The notes: a model not told the origin generated them from the letters alone. A DNA stretch of 46,427 nucleotides from an uncultured bacterium (GCA_963978095.1 CAXBQP010000022.1:1-46427); one strand, 5' to 3'; shown: positions 10,978 to 22,562, counted from the stretch's first letter. Numbers and translations: made by a program.

Positions 10978-12261
10978 TCAGGAGTACCGAATCCACCGCG
11001 CGAGCTCCTGTAGGCTGGGGCGCTTCCCGGTCATCAGCAGTCCGACGCGGTAGATGCGCGCCGACGCCCAGATCGCCGCCGCGCACGCCACCGCGACACC
11101 GGCGAGCGAGAGCGCGATCTCGAGGGCCGGCACCGCCGTGGCACTCATCCGGAGCGGCATGATCACCGGAGCGGTGACGGGAATCAGGCTGACGACCTTG
11201 GCCATGGTGCTGGTGGGCGCGAACATCACGGGCTGGGCGAACACCATCGCCGCGACCAGCATCATCGTCACCGGCGCTGCCGCTTGCCGGGCCTCCTGCT
11301 GGTCGCCGGACATCGCGCCGACGGCGGCGAACAGCGACGCATACAGCAGATAGCCCAAGACGAAATACGCGACCAGCAAGAGCAACATCCCCGCGCTGAT
11401 CGGGGGGAGCGTGAACGCGACCATCGGCACGCCGAGTTTGGCCATGACGGACGCACGGAATTTCCAGACCAGCGCGGTGCTGCCGATCCACGCCATCTGC
11501 TGGGTCAGTCCGACGGCACCGACGCCAATCACCTTCCCCGCGAGGAGGGTGTCGGGTCCCACGCTCGAGAGGACCACTTCGCTGACGCGCGACACCTTCT
11601 CGTCGAGCACGCCGCTCATGATGTTCTGACCATAGAAGATGATCGAGAAATAGAGCAGGAATGCGATCGCGAAGCCGAAGAGGGCACTGGCCATCCCCGA
11701 GCCGCCGCGTCCTTTCTCGTCGATCTTCTCGACCGACATGTTCACCTTGACCTTGGTGAGCGAGTCGACGCGCCGTGGGTCGATCCCGGCCTGTTCCAGA
11801 CGCGTTTGGAGCAACGATTGGCGCACCGCGTTCTCGATGACCTGGGTCTCGCCGAGCGCGGACGCATTGCTGCCGGCGTAGCGCGCCGTCAGTCGGGTGA
11901 GCGTCGTGGTGTCAAGCACGAGATACCCTTGGTCCCGATTCTGCATGACGGCGAGGGTGGCGGTGCTCTCGGCGTCGGCAAGCGCGGGGCTGCTGAGGGT
12001 GATGACCTGCGTGGTGCTGCCGACGGCTTGTTGCGAGATCGCCATCTTGGCGGCCACGCGCGCGCCGAGCCCTGCGCCCGTCGCGTCGAGAATCCGGAGA
12101 TTGCCGACTTTGGCGTCGCGCATCGTACGCGCCGAGAGGTAACTCGGCACGATCATCAGCGAGCCGAAGAACAGTGGCCCGAAGATGGTGGCGATGAGGA
12201 ACCACCGTGTGCGGACGCGTTCCAGATATTCGCGCTTGATGACCACCCAGAGCTTAGCCAT
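10978..12261 (-). CDS. ABC-2 type transporter permease (NatB/YhaP-like)
   Basis: VIKREYLERVRT, large periplasmic loop, GVLDEKVSRVSEVVLSSV, LLAGKVIG, ARIYRVGLLMTGK. Confidence 0.9.
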   Translation of the reverse strand: MAKLWVVIKREYLERVRTRWFLIATIFGPLFFGSLMIVPSYLSARTMRDAKVGNLRILDATGAGLGARVAAKMAISQQAVGSTTQVITLSSPALADAESTATLAVMQNRDQGYLVLDTTTLTRLTARYAGSNASALGETQVIENAVRQSLLQTRLEQAGIDPRRVDSLTKVKVNMSVEKIDEKGRGGSGMASALFGFAIAFLLYFSIIFYGQNIMSGVLDEKVSRVSEVVLSSVGPDTLLAGKVIGVGAVGLTQQMAWIGSTALVWKFRASVMAKLGVPMVAFTLPPISAGMLLLLVAYFVLGYLLYASLFAAVGAMSGDQQEARQAAAPVTMMLVAAMVFAQPVMFAPTSTMAKVVSLIPVTAPVIMPLRMSATAVPALEIALSLAGVAVACAAAIWASARIYRVGLLMTGKRPSLQELARWIRYS

Positions 12262-13219
12262 GCCCACTCATCCCCGGCTCCACGCCCGTGGCGCCGACTT
12301 TCTCGAGGAAGATCTGGTGCAGCGACGGCTGCACGAGTTCGAACCGCTGGACCGGGACCCCGGCGGCCACGATGGTGCGCAGGAGCGACTGCGGGTCGGC
12401 GCCATCCTGCATCCGGATCTCGAAGAACCGGTTGGAGTCGTCCACCTTCGCGATCAGGGCATGCTCGGCGAGCAGCCTGGTGAGCGTCTCGGTGCCCCCG
12501 GCGTCCACGGCGAGTGCGACGTTGTTGCCGCCATGCGCCGCCTTGACCCCCGATACCGTGCCGTCCAGCACTTTCTCGCCCCGGGCGATGATGCACACCG
12601 AGTCGCAGAGGCGCTCGGCGTTGTCCATCAAGTGCGTGGAGAAGATGACCGTCTTGCCGCGTTTCTTGAGCTCGACGACCGTGTCCTTGAGGGCCTGTGC
12701 GTTGATCGGGTCCAGCCCGCTGAACGGTTCGTCCAGGATCACGAGATCGGGGTCGTGGACGAGCGTGCCGATGAACTGTACCTTCTGCTGCATGCCGCGG
12801 GAGAGCTCTTCGAGCTTGGCGAGCCCCCAGTCCTTGCCGGCGGTGGTCAGCCCCAGACGTTCCATCCACTCGTGAATCCGGCGATCGGCCTCGGTCGCAG
12901 GCACCCCCTTCAGCTCCGCAAGGAACCGGAGGACGCGATACACCTGCATTTTCTTGTACAGACCCCGCTCTTCGGGGAGGTAGCCGATCCGGTCGAGGAT
13001 CCCGGGGTCCGTGTGGGGACGCCCGAGGATGCTCACCGTCCCGGTGTCCGGGGCGATGATATTGAGGATCATCCGGATGCTGGTGGTCTTGCCGGCCCCG
13101 TTCGGGCCGAGCAAGCCGTAGACGGCCCCCGTGGGGACGGCCAGCGAAAGGGAGCGGACCGCCGTGTGCTCCGCGTATCTTTTGGAGATCCCTCTGATGT
13201 CGAGGGCGAGCTCAGTCAT
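12254..13219 (-). CDS. ABC transporter ATP-binding protein (NatA/YhaQ-like)
   Basis: Walker A GPNGAGKTT, signature LSRGMQQK, Walker B VILDEPFSGLD, H-loop STH, C-terminal PSLHQIF. Confidence 0.93.
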   Translation of the reverse strand: MTELALDIRGISKRYAEHTAVRSLSLAVPTGAVYGLLGPNGAGKTTSIRMILNIIAPDTGTVSILGRPHTDPGILDRIGYLPEERGLYKKMQVYRVLRFLAELKGVPATEADRRIHEWMERLGLTTAGKDWGLAKLEELSRGMQQKVQFIGTLVHDPDLVILDEPFSGLDPINAQALKDTVVELKKRGKTVIFSTHLMDNAERLCDSVCIIARGEKVLDGTVSGVKAAHGGNNVALAVDAGGTETLTRLLAEHALIAKVDDSNRFFEIRMQDGADPQSLLRTIVAAGVPVQRFELVQPSLHQIFLEKVGATGVEPGMSGHG

Positions 13220-13262
13220 GGAATCCCTGGTTGGCGAGACTATCCTGTGAAATATACCGCTG

Positions 13263-14405
13263 ATGCCCGATCGCACGCCTGCTCTCCGGTTTGACCGAAA
13301 CGAAGTGTCGGGCGCCTTCGGCGACCTCGGCACGTCGTTGCCGTTGATGGTCGGGATGATCGCGGCCGCGGGGCTCGACGCCACGAGTGTGCTCGTGGCA
13401 TTCGGCACGTTGCAGGTATTGACGGGACTGGTGTATCGACTCCCGATGCCGGTGCAGCCGCTCAAGGCCGTGGCCGCGATCGTGATCGCGCAGAAGGTGG
13501 CCGGCGGCGTGGTGTACGGCGGAGGGCTCGCCATCGGGTTGTTGATGCTCGCGCTGACGCTGACGGGGGCGTTGGATTGGCTCGCGGAGGTCGTGCCGCG
13601 GGTGGTCGTGCGCGGACTGCAATGCGGCTTGGGTCTCCAGCTCGGACGGATTGCCGTCGCCGAGTACGTGCCCTCGGCCGGCATGGGTGGCTATGTGCTG
13701 GCTGGCGTCGCGTTCACGGCGGTGGTGCTGCTGATCGGCAATCGCCGATGGCCTCCCGCGCCGTTGGTGCTCGCGCTCGGCGCCCTGTTCGCGCTGACCG
13801 TGGGCGGGGCGAGTCCCCGGGTCTTCGGCGCCGTCGGTTTTCATCTGCCGGTCGTGCATGTCCCGACGATCTCAGAGCTGTCGACGGGGTTCGTCCTCCT
13901 CGCGCTCCCACAGATTCCGCTGTCACTCGGCAACTCCGTGCTCGCGACGCGACAAGTCGCGATGGACCTCTTTCCGGAGCGCGAGCCGTTGCCGATTCGT
14001 CGCATCGGGCTGACGTACTCGGCGATGAACGTGCTCAGCGCGCTCGTCAGCGGGATTCCCGTCTGTCATGGTTCCGGCGGGATGGCCGGCCATCACGCCT
14101 TCGGTGGACGTACCGGGGGCTCGGTCATCATCGCGGGACTGAGTTTGGCCGCGGTGGGACTGCTGTTCGGTGGGAGCATCGGGCAGATCGCGCTGCTCTT
14201 TCCGAAACCGATGTTGGGGGTGCTGCTCCTCTTCGAGGGTGTTGCAATTCTATCCCTGTTGCGGGACCTCGGCAGTGACGCGCGGGAGTTGTCGTTGGCG
14301 CTCTTCCTGGGGGTCGTTGCTGCCGGACTTCCATACGGATATCTGGTGGCCTTGGTGCTTGGGACGGTCTTGGCAAAGGCGAATGTCCGGTTGGCGCGCG
14401 CGTGA
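13263..14405 (+). CDS. MOT1-family molybdate/sulfate transporter
   Basis: EVSGAFGDLGT, PMPVQPLKAVAA, VVRGLQ.GLG, LPQIPLSLGNS, PVCHGSGGMAGHHAFGGRTG. Confidence 0.88.
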   Translation: MPDRTPALRFDRNEVSGAFGDLGTSLPLMVGMIAAAGLDATSVLVAFGTLQVLTGLVYRLPMPVQPLKAVAAIVIAQKVAGGVVYGGGLAIGLLMLALTLTGALDWLAEVVPRVVVRGLQCGLGLQLGRIAVAEYVPSAGMGGYVLAGVAFTAVVLLIGNRRWPPAPLVLALGALFALTVGGASPRVFGAVGFHLPVVHVPTISELSTGFVLLALPQIPLSLGNSVLATRQVAMDLFPEREPLPIRRIGLTYSAMNVLSALVSGIPVCHGSGGMAGHHAFGGRTGGSVIIAGLSLAAVGLLFGGSIGQIALLFPKPMLGVLLLFEGVAILSLLRDLGSDARELSLALFLGVVAAGLPYGYLVALVLGTVLAKANVRLARA

Positions 14406-15982
14406 GCGGACGGAATCTCCCCCCGATCCGAACGCCCGCGATCAGGGGACAGCCGGCGCAGCCCCATGATTGGTGGCCCCTCGCGGTCGGGATGATCGCC
14501 ATGACCATCCTCCTCTGGCCGTCTCGTGGGGTGGTACCACTCTTCGATGGCTGGTCGTTCGCACGCTGTGCCCTCGATGCGTCGTGGGTGGCGGTCCGGT
14601 GCGAGGGGCATCCGACCGTCGGCTGGGGCGTGGTGATGGCGGCGTCACGGCTGTGGAGCATTCCTGGCGCGACCGCGTTGTTCCTGCCCAGTCTGCTGTT
14701 CGGCGCGGTTGCGCTGATGGGGGTGGACCGACTCGCGCGCGCCACGCTCGGCCACGACGGCTGGATCGAGCGCGGACTGCTCGTCGTGGCCCTCGCCGTG
14801 CATCCCGCATTCCTGAGCACGGTCCTGCAGCCGAACCTTGATCTGGCCCTCAGCGCCTGGGCGTTCTGGACCTTCGCGGGCGTCGCGCGCGGATCGCTGC
14901 GTGAGGTGGTGGGGTTCGGGACGCTGATGGTATTCTCGAAGGAGACCGGGCTGATGCTCTACGCGGCCGCCGGCTTGGTGCTCTGGTGGCGCGCCGTCGG
15001 GCGTGGTGAGGCCGTACGCACGAGCGCGGCGCTGCTGGTGCCGCTCGTGCTTTTCGCCGGGTTCCTGCTCCTGCCTCAGCCTGAGCCGATGTATTTCGGC
15101 GGAGGAAAGGTTGCGACCTCCAGCAACTTCCATCCGTTCGATGTGTGGAACCGGCAGTTGCTCAACTACGCGGTGCTGATGGGGGTCCTGAACTATCAAT
15201 GGGTCGTGGTCGCCGGATCCATCGCCGCCGTGGTGGTGGCGTGGCGTAGAGGGACGGTGCGGTGGGCCGCGTGGCGGGATGTCTCGAGCGCGACGGTGCG
15301 GGTCGGGTGGGCCATCGTCGTGGCGCTCGTGCTGGTGACCGCGTATCGCACCTTCGGCAACGTGCGCTACTTCGTGTTCATGTTGCCATTCGTGCCGTTG
15401 GCCATGCTCGTGGCTGCACGCGCGGCGGCGATCCCGGTGTGGTATCCGCGCGTCGTGATCGCCGGATGGGCGTTGCTCCTGCTCTCGGCGTTGCATCGGT
15501 CGGCTGATCCGGTGATGACACGCGTGGCGGGGACCTTCTCGACCGGTCCCGGCGTGATGTACGACATGACGCATGTTGCGCGCGAATGCTGTGGTCGCGG
15601 GCGGGACCAGCTTGTGTACAACCTGCAGTACCCCGACTTCGCGCATGCGATGGATTCCGCAATGGTACGCATCGGCGCGGCGCGCGGCGTGGTGGTGACG
15701 ATGTCGCAGTACGCGCATTGGCATGCGGTGACGCCGGTGGATTCGGTCACATCGCGGCGGACGATGGGGGCGGGCGTCGATGTCCCGCTGCGATACGTCG
15801 AGTCGCTCGTGAGTGGCGAGGAGGCGGTGGATCACGCCTGGTTGATCGAATGGCCGATCGCGCCGCCGGTTCGCGAGACCCTGGCGGCGCGCTACGAGGT
15901 GCGTGATGCGGGGAGCGTGTCGTCGGGCGGCGTGACGCTGCGGCTCGCCGAGTTGACGCGGCGCGCGGAGGGGGCGAGGTGA
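14402..15982 (+). CDS. Polytopic GT-C-like membrane protein, putative glycosyltransferase (paralog of 19139..20764)
   Basis: About 10-11 TM helices. Acidic first loop PLFDG, GHP, FSKETG, NVRYF, and a soluble C-terminal domain, resembling ArnT/PMT topology. Confidence 0.6.
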   Translation: MSGRNLPPIRTPAIRGQPAQPHDWWPLAVGMIAMTILLWPSRGVVPLFDGWSFARCALDASWVAVRCEGHPTVGWGVVMAASRLWSIPGATALFLPSLLFGAVALMGVDRLARATLGHDGWIERGLLVVALAVHPAFLSTVLQPNLDLALSAWAFWTFAGVARGSLREVVGFGTLMVFSKETGLMLYAAAGLVLWWRAVGRGEAVRTSAALLVPLVLFAGFLLLPQPEPMYFGGGKVATSSNFHPFDVWNRQLLNYAVLMGVLNYQWVVVAGSIAAVVVAWRRGTVRWAAWRDVSSATVRVGWAIVVALVLVTAYRTFGNVRYFVFMLPFVPLAMLVAARAAAIPVWYPRVVIAGWALLLLSALHRSADPVMTRVAGTFSTGPGVMYDMTHVARECCGRGRDQLVYNLQYPDFAHAMDSAMVRIGAARGVVVTMSQYAHWHAVTPVDSVTSRRTMGAGVDVPLRYVESLVSGEEAVDHAWLIEWPIAPPVRETLAARYEVRDAGSVSSGGVTLRLAELTRRAEGAR

Positions 15983-17622
15983 CGCGGACCGCGCCGAAGA
16001 TCGCGGTCATCGCGGGCGCCGGTCCCGCGGGGCTCACGGCGGCGTGGGAGTTGCTCGCCCGTACCGACATTCGTCCCGTCATCTTCGAGCGGACGCACGC
16101 GATCGGTGGCATCGCGCAGACGTACGAGCACAACGGGAACCGGATCGACATCGGCGGGCATCGCTTCTTCTCCAAGAGCGATCGCGTGATGCAGTGGTGG
16201 TTCTCGCTGCTGCCACGGCAGGGCGCACCCGCCGCCGATGCGGCGTGGCGGACCCTGGATGTGGAATATGCGGCCGAGGCGCTCGTGCGACGCTTGGCGC
16301 CGGAAGCCGTCGATGGCACACGCGTCCGCGAGTCGCGGCGTCCCGCACCGGACCCGGAGCGCGACGAGCAGGTCATGCTGCAGCGCCCGCGGCTGTCACG
16401 CATCTACTTCGGGCGCGCGTTCTTCCCCTACCCACTGAGCATCACGCTGCTCGTGGCGTGGCGGCTCGGGCTGGTCAACACCGCGCTGATCACGCTGAGT
16501 TACCTCAAGGCGCAGCTGTTCCCGCGCCGCGATGAGACGTTCCTCGACGCCTTCTTCATCAATCGGTTCGGCAGGCGCCTGTACGAGACGTTCTTCAAGG
16601 ACTACACGGAGAAGGTCTGGGGCGTCCCCTGCAGCGAGATCCGAGCGGATTGGGGCGCACAGCGGGTGAAGGGATTGTCGCTCACGCGTGCCGTGTCACA
16701 CGCCGTGCGCGATCTGTTGTCCACCGATTTCCGCAAACAGCAGCAGGCGCGTGAGACCTCGCTCATCACCCGGTTCTTCTATCCCAAGCGAGGCCCCGGC
16801 CAGATGTGGGAGACGGTGGCGCAGCAGGTGCGTGATGCCGGAGGGCAGCTGCGATTGGGCGCGCGCGTGGTGGGTGTGCGCATGACGGATGGCCGCGTCT
16901 CGCATGTGACGGTGCTGGATGAGGCCAGTGGCCGACGCGAAGAGGTCCGATGCGACTATTTCCTCTCGACGATGCCCCTCCGCGAGCTGGTCACGATGAC
17001 GACGCCCGCGCCGCCGGCGAACGTCCGCGAGGTGGCACGCGGCTTGAGGTATCGCGACTTCCTGACCGTCGGACTCCTGCTCCGGCAACTGCATGTGATG
17101 GAGAAGGGACGACCGCCGCAGCCGCGCGTGGAGGATAACTGGATCTACGTGCAGGATCGGGATGTGAAGGTCGGGCGGATCCAGGTGTTCAACAACTGGA
17201 GCCCGTATCTCGTCGCGGACCCCGAACATACGGTGTGGATCGGACTCGAGTATTTCGTCGACGAGCAGGACGCGCTCTGGAACGCGGACGACGCGGACGT
17301 GATCGCCCGCGCGGTCCGGGAGTTGGAACACATCGGGTTCGCGCGTGGGGCCGATGTGCTGGACGGCTGCGTGCTGCGGATGCCGAAGGCCTATCCGGCG
17401 TACATCGGCACCCACGGCCGGTTGTCGGAGGTCCGGCAGTGGGTCACAGGCGTGCCGAACTTGTTCTGCGTCGGCCGCAACGGGATGCATCGCTACAACA
17501 ATCAGGATCATTCGATGCTGACGGCGATGATGGCGGTCGATCAGATCGTGACGGGTCAGGAGGACGACTCCCCGCTGTGGGAGGTGAATGTCGACATGGT
17601 GTATCACGAGGGGGACGGGTGA
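15979..17622 (+). CDS. FAD-dependent oxidoreductase resembling eukaryotic-type UDP-galactopyranose mutase
   Basis: [62 protein letters not shown]. Confidence 0.75.
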   Translation: MTRTAPKIAVIAGAGPAGLTAAWELLARTDIRPVIFERTHAIGGIAQTYEHNGNRIDIGGHRFFSKSDRVMQWWFSLLPRQGAPAADAAWRTLDVEYAAEALVRRLAPEAVDGTRVRESRRPAPDPERDEQVMLQRPRLSRIYFGRAFFPYPLSITLLVAWRLGLVNTALITLSYLKAQLFPRRDETFLDAFFINRFGRRLYETFFKDYTEKVWGVPCSEIRADWGAQRVKGLSLTRAVSHAVRDLLSTDFRKQQQARETSLITRFFYPKRGPGQMWETVAQQVRDAGGQLRLGARVVGVRMTDGRVSHVTVLDEASGRREEVRCDYFLSTMPLRELVTMTTPAPPANVREVARGLRYRDFLTVGLLLRQLHVMEKGRPPQPRVEDNWIYVQDRDVKVGRIQVFNNWSPYLVADPEHTVWIGLEYFVDEQDALWNADDADVIARAVRELEHIGFARGADVLDGCVLRMPKAYPAYIGTHGRLSEVRQWVTGVPNLFCVGRNGMHRYNNQDHSMLTAMMAVDQIVTGQEDDSPLWEVNVDMVYHEGDG

Positions 17623-19142
17623 CCCCAGTCCGCACCCTGCGATGGGAGTGGAGCGGACATCCGCAGGCGCCCGTCATCGCTGGCGTGCTGACGGGGCTCG
17701 CGCTCTGGTGGGTTTGGGCGGCGACCGGCGGCGTCCCGGTCATGCATGACGAGTGGGCGTACTGGTTGCAGGCCGGGCAGTATGCGCATGGGGTGTGGTC
17801 GCAGCCGAGCCCGGTGATCCCGGAGTTCTTCGAGCAGATGTATGTGCTCGTGACTCCCGTATTCGCCGCCAAGTATCCTCCGGGTCACGCCCTGGCCCTC
17901 GCACCGGGATTTCTGCTGGGATGGCCCATGCTGATGCCCCTTGTCCTGAGCGCGGGAACCGGCGGTCTGGTCTTTGCACTGGCGCGTCGTGTGAGCGGAG
18001 GGGGCGTGGCAGTGGCCACGTGGCTGTTCTGGGTGGGGACCTTCAGCAACCTCCGCTTTCGCGCCAGCTATTTCTCCGAGGTCACGAGCTCCTTGTGCTG
18101 GCTCGTAGCGTGGTGGGCGCTGCTCGAGTGGCGCGAGACCGGACGCGGCCGATGGACGGTCATGCTCGCGGGTGCGATCGGCTGGTGCGCCGTCACGCGG
18201 CCGTACACGGCGGTGGCACTCGCGCTTCCGGTCGCTGTCGTCGTGCTGGTGACCGTCGTGCGACGCGGCGCCTGGCGGAGCGTGGCGGTCGGCCTTGGGG
18301 CCGGCACCCTCGTGGTCCTGCTGCTGCCGATCTGGACGTCGCGCACGACGGGACGTTGGACGGACTCGCCGCTCGCAGCCTACACGCGGCAATATCTCCC
18401 CTTCGACGTTCCCGGATTCCATGTCGATGCCACGCCGCCGGAACGTGCGGTTCCCGTCGAGATGGGACGGGTGCGGGAGTTCCTGCGCGGCATCAAGGAG
18501 GCACAGGTGCGCGAACCCGTGCTGCGGACGATTGGCGCCCGCGCGCGCTTTGTCGCGCTCGACACGTTCGCCACGTGGCGACTGCCGTTGCTGTTCTGTC
18601 TTGTGGTCGGTATTGCCGTCATGGGCGCTCCGGGATGGTTCGCGCTGGGGACGGGGCTCTTGTTGATCGTGTCGTATGGTGCGCAGGCGCATACGGAGGA
18701 CTGGACGCTGTATTACCTGGAGGCGCTCCCGGCGTTGGCCTACGCGACGGCCTGCGGTGCGCGGCGATTCATTCGGCTGACTCCAATGGGAGCTCGCGTC
18801 GCGCCGGTGGCCGCCGTGCTCGTGGCCGCACTCGTCGCGCGGGATATCGGACGTGCGCGCACGATCATGGGGCGGCTGTCCGCGGTGCCCCGCACCTTCG
18901 TCGCGTCGGTTGCCGCACTCCCGAAGCGGCCCAACATCGTCTTCGTCCGCTACGCGCCAGACCGAGGGGCCGGGGCCATGCACATCGCACTCGTCGCGAA
19001 CGACGGGATGCTCGAGGCGGCGCCCTCGTGGATCGTGCACGACCGGGGAGACGACAACCAGCGACTGATGCGCGTTGCCCCTGGGCGTTCGGCCTATGTG
19101 TACGAAGAATCCACGCGGACGTTTACGGAGATCGCGCGATGA
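17619..19142 (+). CDS. GT-C fold (ArnT/PMT-like) membrane glycosyltransferase
   Basis: GTG 17619 overlaps the upstream stop. First loop MHDEWAY (DE motif), AKYPPG, SYFSE, TRPYT, about 10 TM helices, soluble C-terminus. Confidence 0.68.
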   Translation: MTPVRTLRWEWSGHPQAPVIAGVLTGLALWWVWAATGGVPVMHDEWAYWLQAGQYAHGVWSQPSPVIPEFFEQMYVLVTPVFAAKYPPGHALALAPGFLLGWPMLMPLVLSAGTGGLVFALARRVSGGGVAVATWLFWVGTFSNLRFRASYFSEVTSSLCWLVAWWALLEWRETGRGRWTVMLAGAIGWCAVTRPYTAVALALPVAVVVLVTVVRRGAWRSVAVGLGAGTLVVLLLPIWTSRTTGRWTDSPLAAYTRQYLPFDVPGFHVDATPPERAVPVEMGRVREFLRGIKEAQVREPVLRTIGARARFVALDTFATWRLPLLFCLVVGIAVMGAPGWFALGTGLLLIVSYGAQAHTEDWTLYYLEALPALAYATACGARRFIRLTPMGARVAPVAAVLVAALVARDIGRARTIMGRLSAVPRTFVASVAALPKRPNIVFVRYAPDRGAGAMHIALVANDGMLEAAPSWIVHDRGDDNQRLMRVAPGRSAYVYEESTRTFTEIAR

Positions 19143-20764
19143 CCGCCCAGCGGCGTGAAACGGTTCTGACCTTCGGCGTGATCGTCGTCCTGTTCGGCAT
19201 CCTGCTCTGGCCCGAGCGCGGCTATGTGCCGCTCTGGGATGGGCATGTGTATGCCAACTGCGTCGTGGACGCCGCCACGATGCACGGGTTCGCACTCAAC
19301 AGTCTGCGGTGCGCGGGACACCCGTCGTACGGTTGGGCCGCGATCCTCACGCTCTCGCAGCTGTCGTCGCCCGGTGATTCGGCGATGCTGCTGTTGATGA
19401 ACGCATTGTTGGGGATGCTCGCCTTGGTGTCGTTCCGGGCGATCGGCGCTGGGCTGTTTCCCGGTGAAGCGCATGCCCGTCCGTTGAATGTTCTCACCGT
19501 GGCCTGCGCGGTCCACCCCGTGCTGTTGTCGACGCTGGTGCAGGTGAATGTCGATTTCGGGGTGTATGTCTTCTTCCTGGCGACGTACGCGGCACTGTTG
19601 CACGATCGGTATGACTGGGCGGCGGTCGCCGGCACGTTCCTCGCGTTCAGCAAGGAGACAGGCGCGTTCGCGGCGGGTGCCCTGGTGACTGTTGAGGTCC
19701 TGCGACGGTGGCTGGATCCCGCACTGCGCGGCATGCCAGCACGTGCGCGGCTCGCGCGCGTGTCACCGATCTGGCCGGCGTTCCTCCCCCTGATGCTCTT
19801 CGGCGCCTATCTGATCTGGTGGACGAGCGGCGCGAATGTCCGTCCTGCGATCTGGAAACATGATTGGAATACGTCGACGTCCGATGCCTTCCGGTTCTTC
19901 GATCTGGCCGATCCGGTATTCGTCAGCTACGCCGCGGGGATCTTCGTCCTCGGCTTCTGCTGGATTGTCAGCGCCATCATCGTTGGTGACAGCGTGGTGG
20001 GAGGCTACCGATTCCTCCGCCGTCGTGCGCCTCGCCCGTTGGAGGGTGGGGACGAAACGACCGTGGTGTCCCTCGCCGTGCTCACGTTCGTGCTCACGTA
20101 TGTGCTCACCGCGTTCCGCACGTGGAGCAACGTGCGGTATTTCGCGGTCCTGTATCCGTTATACCTCCTGTTGGCGTATGCGGCGCTGGTCCGCTTGCAG
20201 GTTCGTCCGGCCGGGCGTGTGCTCGCCGGCGGGATCCTCGCGGGATTGTTCGGGCTCGGCGCGGTCCGGTCGGTGGATCCGGTGTCACAGGCGGTGTACG
20301 GCACCTTTTCCATCGGTGACCGCGTGATGTACACGATGACATCCATCACCGGTGAGTTCGGTGGCCCCGGGCGCGACGAGCTCGTGTACAACTTGGAGTT
20401 CACGGGGTTCCACCACCTGCAGAATGCCCTGTTCCGGGAGCTGCGGGTGGGGGATTCGACCTGGATCGCGACCTCACGCTCTGTGCGCTGGCAGCTGTGG
20501 AGCCAGCTCGATTCGCGCACCCGTCGACGCTCCCTGCGACGGGAGGACGTCATCGTCCCGCGCTATGCGGATGACATCGAGCTCCAGGCGAATCCCCAGC
20601 GGCCGACGGACGTGGTGTTCCTCGAGTTCAGCAATCACGAGTACGGGGACCATGCGTTGGCGTCGCTCACGCGCCGCTATTATCGGGACGCGGGCATCGC
20701 CCGGATCCATCTCAACGGTCACCTGCTGGTGGCGCATCATCTGGTGCTTCGAACCCTCCAATAG
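19139..20764 (+). CDS. Polytopic GT-C-like membrane protein (paralog of 14402..15982)
   Basis: ATGA overlap at 19139. PLWDG, RCAGHP, FSKETG, SNVRYF, GRDELVYNL. Confidence 0.62.
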   Translation: MTAQRRETVLTFGVIVVLFGILLWPERGYVPLWDGHVYANCVVDAATMHGFALNSLRCAGHPSYGWAAILTLSQLSSPGDSAMLLLMNALLGMLALVSFRAIGAGLFPGEAHARPLNVLTVACAVHPVLLSTLVQVNVDFGVYVFFLATYAALLHDRYDWAAVAGTFLAFSKETGAFAAGALVTVEVLRRWLDPALRGMPARARLARVSPIWPAFLPLMLFGAYLIWWTSGANVRPAIWKHDWNTSTSDAFRFFDLADPVFVSYAAGIFVLGFCWIVSAIIVGDSVVGGYRFLRRRAPRPLEGGDETTVVSLAVLTFVLTYVLTAFRTWSNVRYFAVLYPLYLLLAYAALVRLQVRPAGRVLAGGILAGLFGLGAVRSVDPVSQAVYGTFSIGDRVMYTMTSITGEFGGPGRDELVYNLEFTGFHHLQNALFRELRVGDSTWIATSRSVRWQLWSQLDSRTRRRSLRREDVIVPRYADDIELQANPQRPTDVVFLEFSNHEYGDHALASLTRRYYRDAGIARIHLNGHLLVAHHLVLRTLQ

Positions 20765-20808
20765 CTAGCTTCGGGGATGCCGAAATGCCTGCGCGCGGGA
20801 GCCATGTC

Positions 20809-21582
20809 GTGAAGGCGGTCATTCTGGCCGGTGGGTTGGGGACGCGGCTCTCTGAGGAAACCGAGCGGCGCCCCAAGCCGATGGTGGAGATCGGCGGACA
20901 TCCGATGCTCTGGCACATCATGCGACGCTATGCCGCGTTCGGCATCACCGAATTCGTCATCGCCTTGGGATACAAGGCCGAAGTCGCGCGCCGGTGGTTC
21001 CTCGACTATCGCGACGCCGGGGGCGATCTCACGGTCAACCTCGGCACGGGCGAGGTCACGCCGCATGCCACGAGCCGCGATGCCTGGACGGTGCATCTCG
21101 TCGATACCGGGCTGATGACCCAAACCGGAGGGCGGCTCGCGCGACTCCGTCCCTGGATCCGGGACGACACTTTCTGCATGACCTACGGCGACGGGATCGG
21201 CGACATCGATATCGAGGCGCTGGTGAACTTTCACCGGCGCCACGCGGCCAAGGCCACGGTCACGGCGGTTCGCCCGCCCGCCCGTTTCGGCAGCCTCACG
21301 CTCGATGGCACCCGGGTGCAAGCCTTCGCGGAGAAGCAGTACCAGACCGCCGAGGGGTGGATCAACGGCGGGTTCTTCGTGCTGGAGCCCTCGGTGCTGG
21401 ACTTGATCCCGGGTGACGATACTCTGTGGGAACGTGAACCGATGGAAGCGCTCGCCGCAGGCGGCGAGTTGCATGCGTATCGACACGAGGGCTTCTGGCA
21501 GCCCATGGATACGCTCCGTGAACTCCGACTGCTCGAGTCGCTCTGGCAGAGCGGCAACGCCCCTTGGATACCCAAACCATGA
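20809..21582 (+). CDS. rfbF: Glucose-1-phosphate cytidylyltransferase
   Basis: [64 protein letters not shown] start at 20809. Confidence 0.93.
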   Translation: MKAVILAGGLGTRLSEETERRPKPMVEIGGHPMLWHIMRRYAAFGITEFVIALGYKAEVARRWFLDYRDAGGDLTVNLGTGEVTPHATSRDAWTVHLVDTGLMTQTGGRLARLRPWIRDDTFCMTYGDGIGDIDIEALVNFHRRHAAKATVTAVRPPARFGSLTLDGTRVQAFAEKQYQTAEGWINGGFFVLEPSVLDLIPGDDTLWEREPMEALAAGGELHAYRHEGFWQPMDTLRELRLLESLWQSGNAPWIPKP

Positions 21583-22562
21583 CGACGCATTCGCATTGGC
21601 GCGACCGCCCCGTACTCGTCACCGGTGCCACCGGCTTCCTCGGCGGATGGCTGGTCGACGCCCTGGTGCGCTCCGGCGCCACCGTCACGGCGATTGTCCG
21701 TGACGCTGTCCCCCAGAGCATGCTGTTCACCGGCGATGCCCTCCGCGCGGTGCACGTGGTGCGGGGCGATGTCCGCAATCAGGCGCTGCTCGAACGCGTC
21801 ATGGGCGAATACGAGATCGACACGGTGTTCCATCTGGCGGCGCAGACGACGGTCGTGGTGGCCAATCGGAACCCGGTGTCGACCTTCGATACGAATCTGC
21901 GGGGCACCTGGGCGGTCCTGGAGGCGGCACGCCGCAGCCCGTTGGTCAAGGCCGTCGTGACGGCGTCGAGCGACAAAGCATACGGCGATCACGACGTGCT
22001 GCCGTACGAAGAGGACGCGCCGCTGAAGGGCGTGCATCCGTACGATGCGAGCAAGTCGTGCGCCGACATCATCGCCACTTCGTTCGCCCGGACGTTTGAG
22101 GTACCGGTTGCGATCACCCGGTGCGGAAACTTTTTCGGGGGTGGGGACTTCAACTGGAATCGGCTCGTCCCGGGAACGATCCGTGCGGCGTTGCGCGGTT
22201 CGCGGCCCGTCATCCGCTCGGATGGGACGATGGTTCGCGACTATTTCTATGTCGAAGATGCCGTCGGTGCCTATCTGTGCTTGGCCGAACAGCTGCACGG
22301 ACGGCCGGAACTGCGCGGAGAGGCGTTCAACTTCTCGAACGAGTTGCAGGTGGATGTGCTGACGATCGCGCGGAAGATCCTGCAGCGGCTCGACAGCCCC
22401 CTCGAACCGGACGTTCGCGCCGACGCATCGCACGAGATCAAGCACCAGTGGCTGAGTGCCGCCAAGGCGCGACGGGTGCTGGGGTGGTCCTCGACTTTCA
22501 CGCTCGATGCGGGACTCGACCGCACCATCGCGTGGTATCGCGACCACTTCGCACGTGGCTGA
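21579..22562 (+). CDS. CDP-glucose 4,6-dehydratase-like SDR (RfbG/DdhB role)
   Basis: GATGFLG, FHLAAQ, SSDKAY (SDK motif), PYDASK (YxxxK), [15 protein letters not shown]. Lies between rfbF and rfbH. Confidence 0.82.
   Translation: MTTHSHWRDRPVLVTGATGFLGGWLVDALVRSGATVTAIVRDAVPQSMLFTGDALRAVHVVRGDVRNQALLERVMGEYEIDTVFHLAAQTTVVVANRNPVSTFDTNLRGTWAVLEAARRSPLVKAVVTASSDKAYGDHDVLPYEEDAPLKGVHPYDASKSCADIIATSFARTFEVPVAITRCGNFFGGGDFNWNRLVPGTIRAALRGSRPVIRSDGTMVRDYFYVEDAVGAYLCLAEQLHGRPELRGEAFNFSNELQVDVLTIARKILQRLDSPLEPDVRADASHEIKHQWLSAAKARRVLGWSSTFTLDAGLDRTIAWYRDHFARG

Noticed and set aside
15979..17622. Protoporphyrinogen oxidase
   Set aside because: There are no heme genes nearby, and the motifs and context match UGM-like sugar enzymes better.
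17753..19138. 1003-aa ORF suggesting a fusion or frameshift between two GT-C genes
   Set aside because: The upstream part is Arg/Gly-rich off-frame sequence over the 17619 gene. A clean ATGA overlap at 19139 explains both genes.
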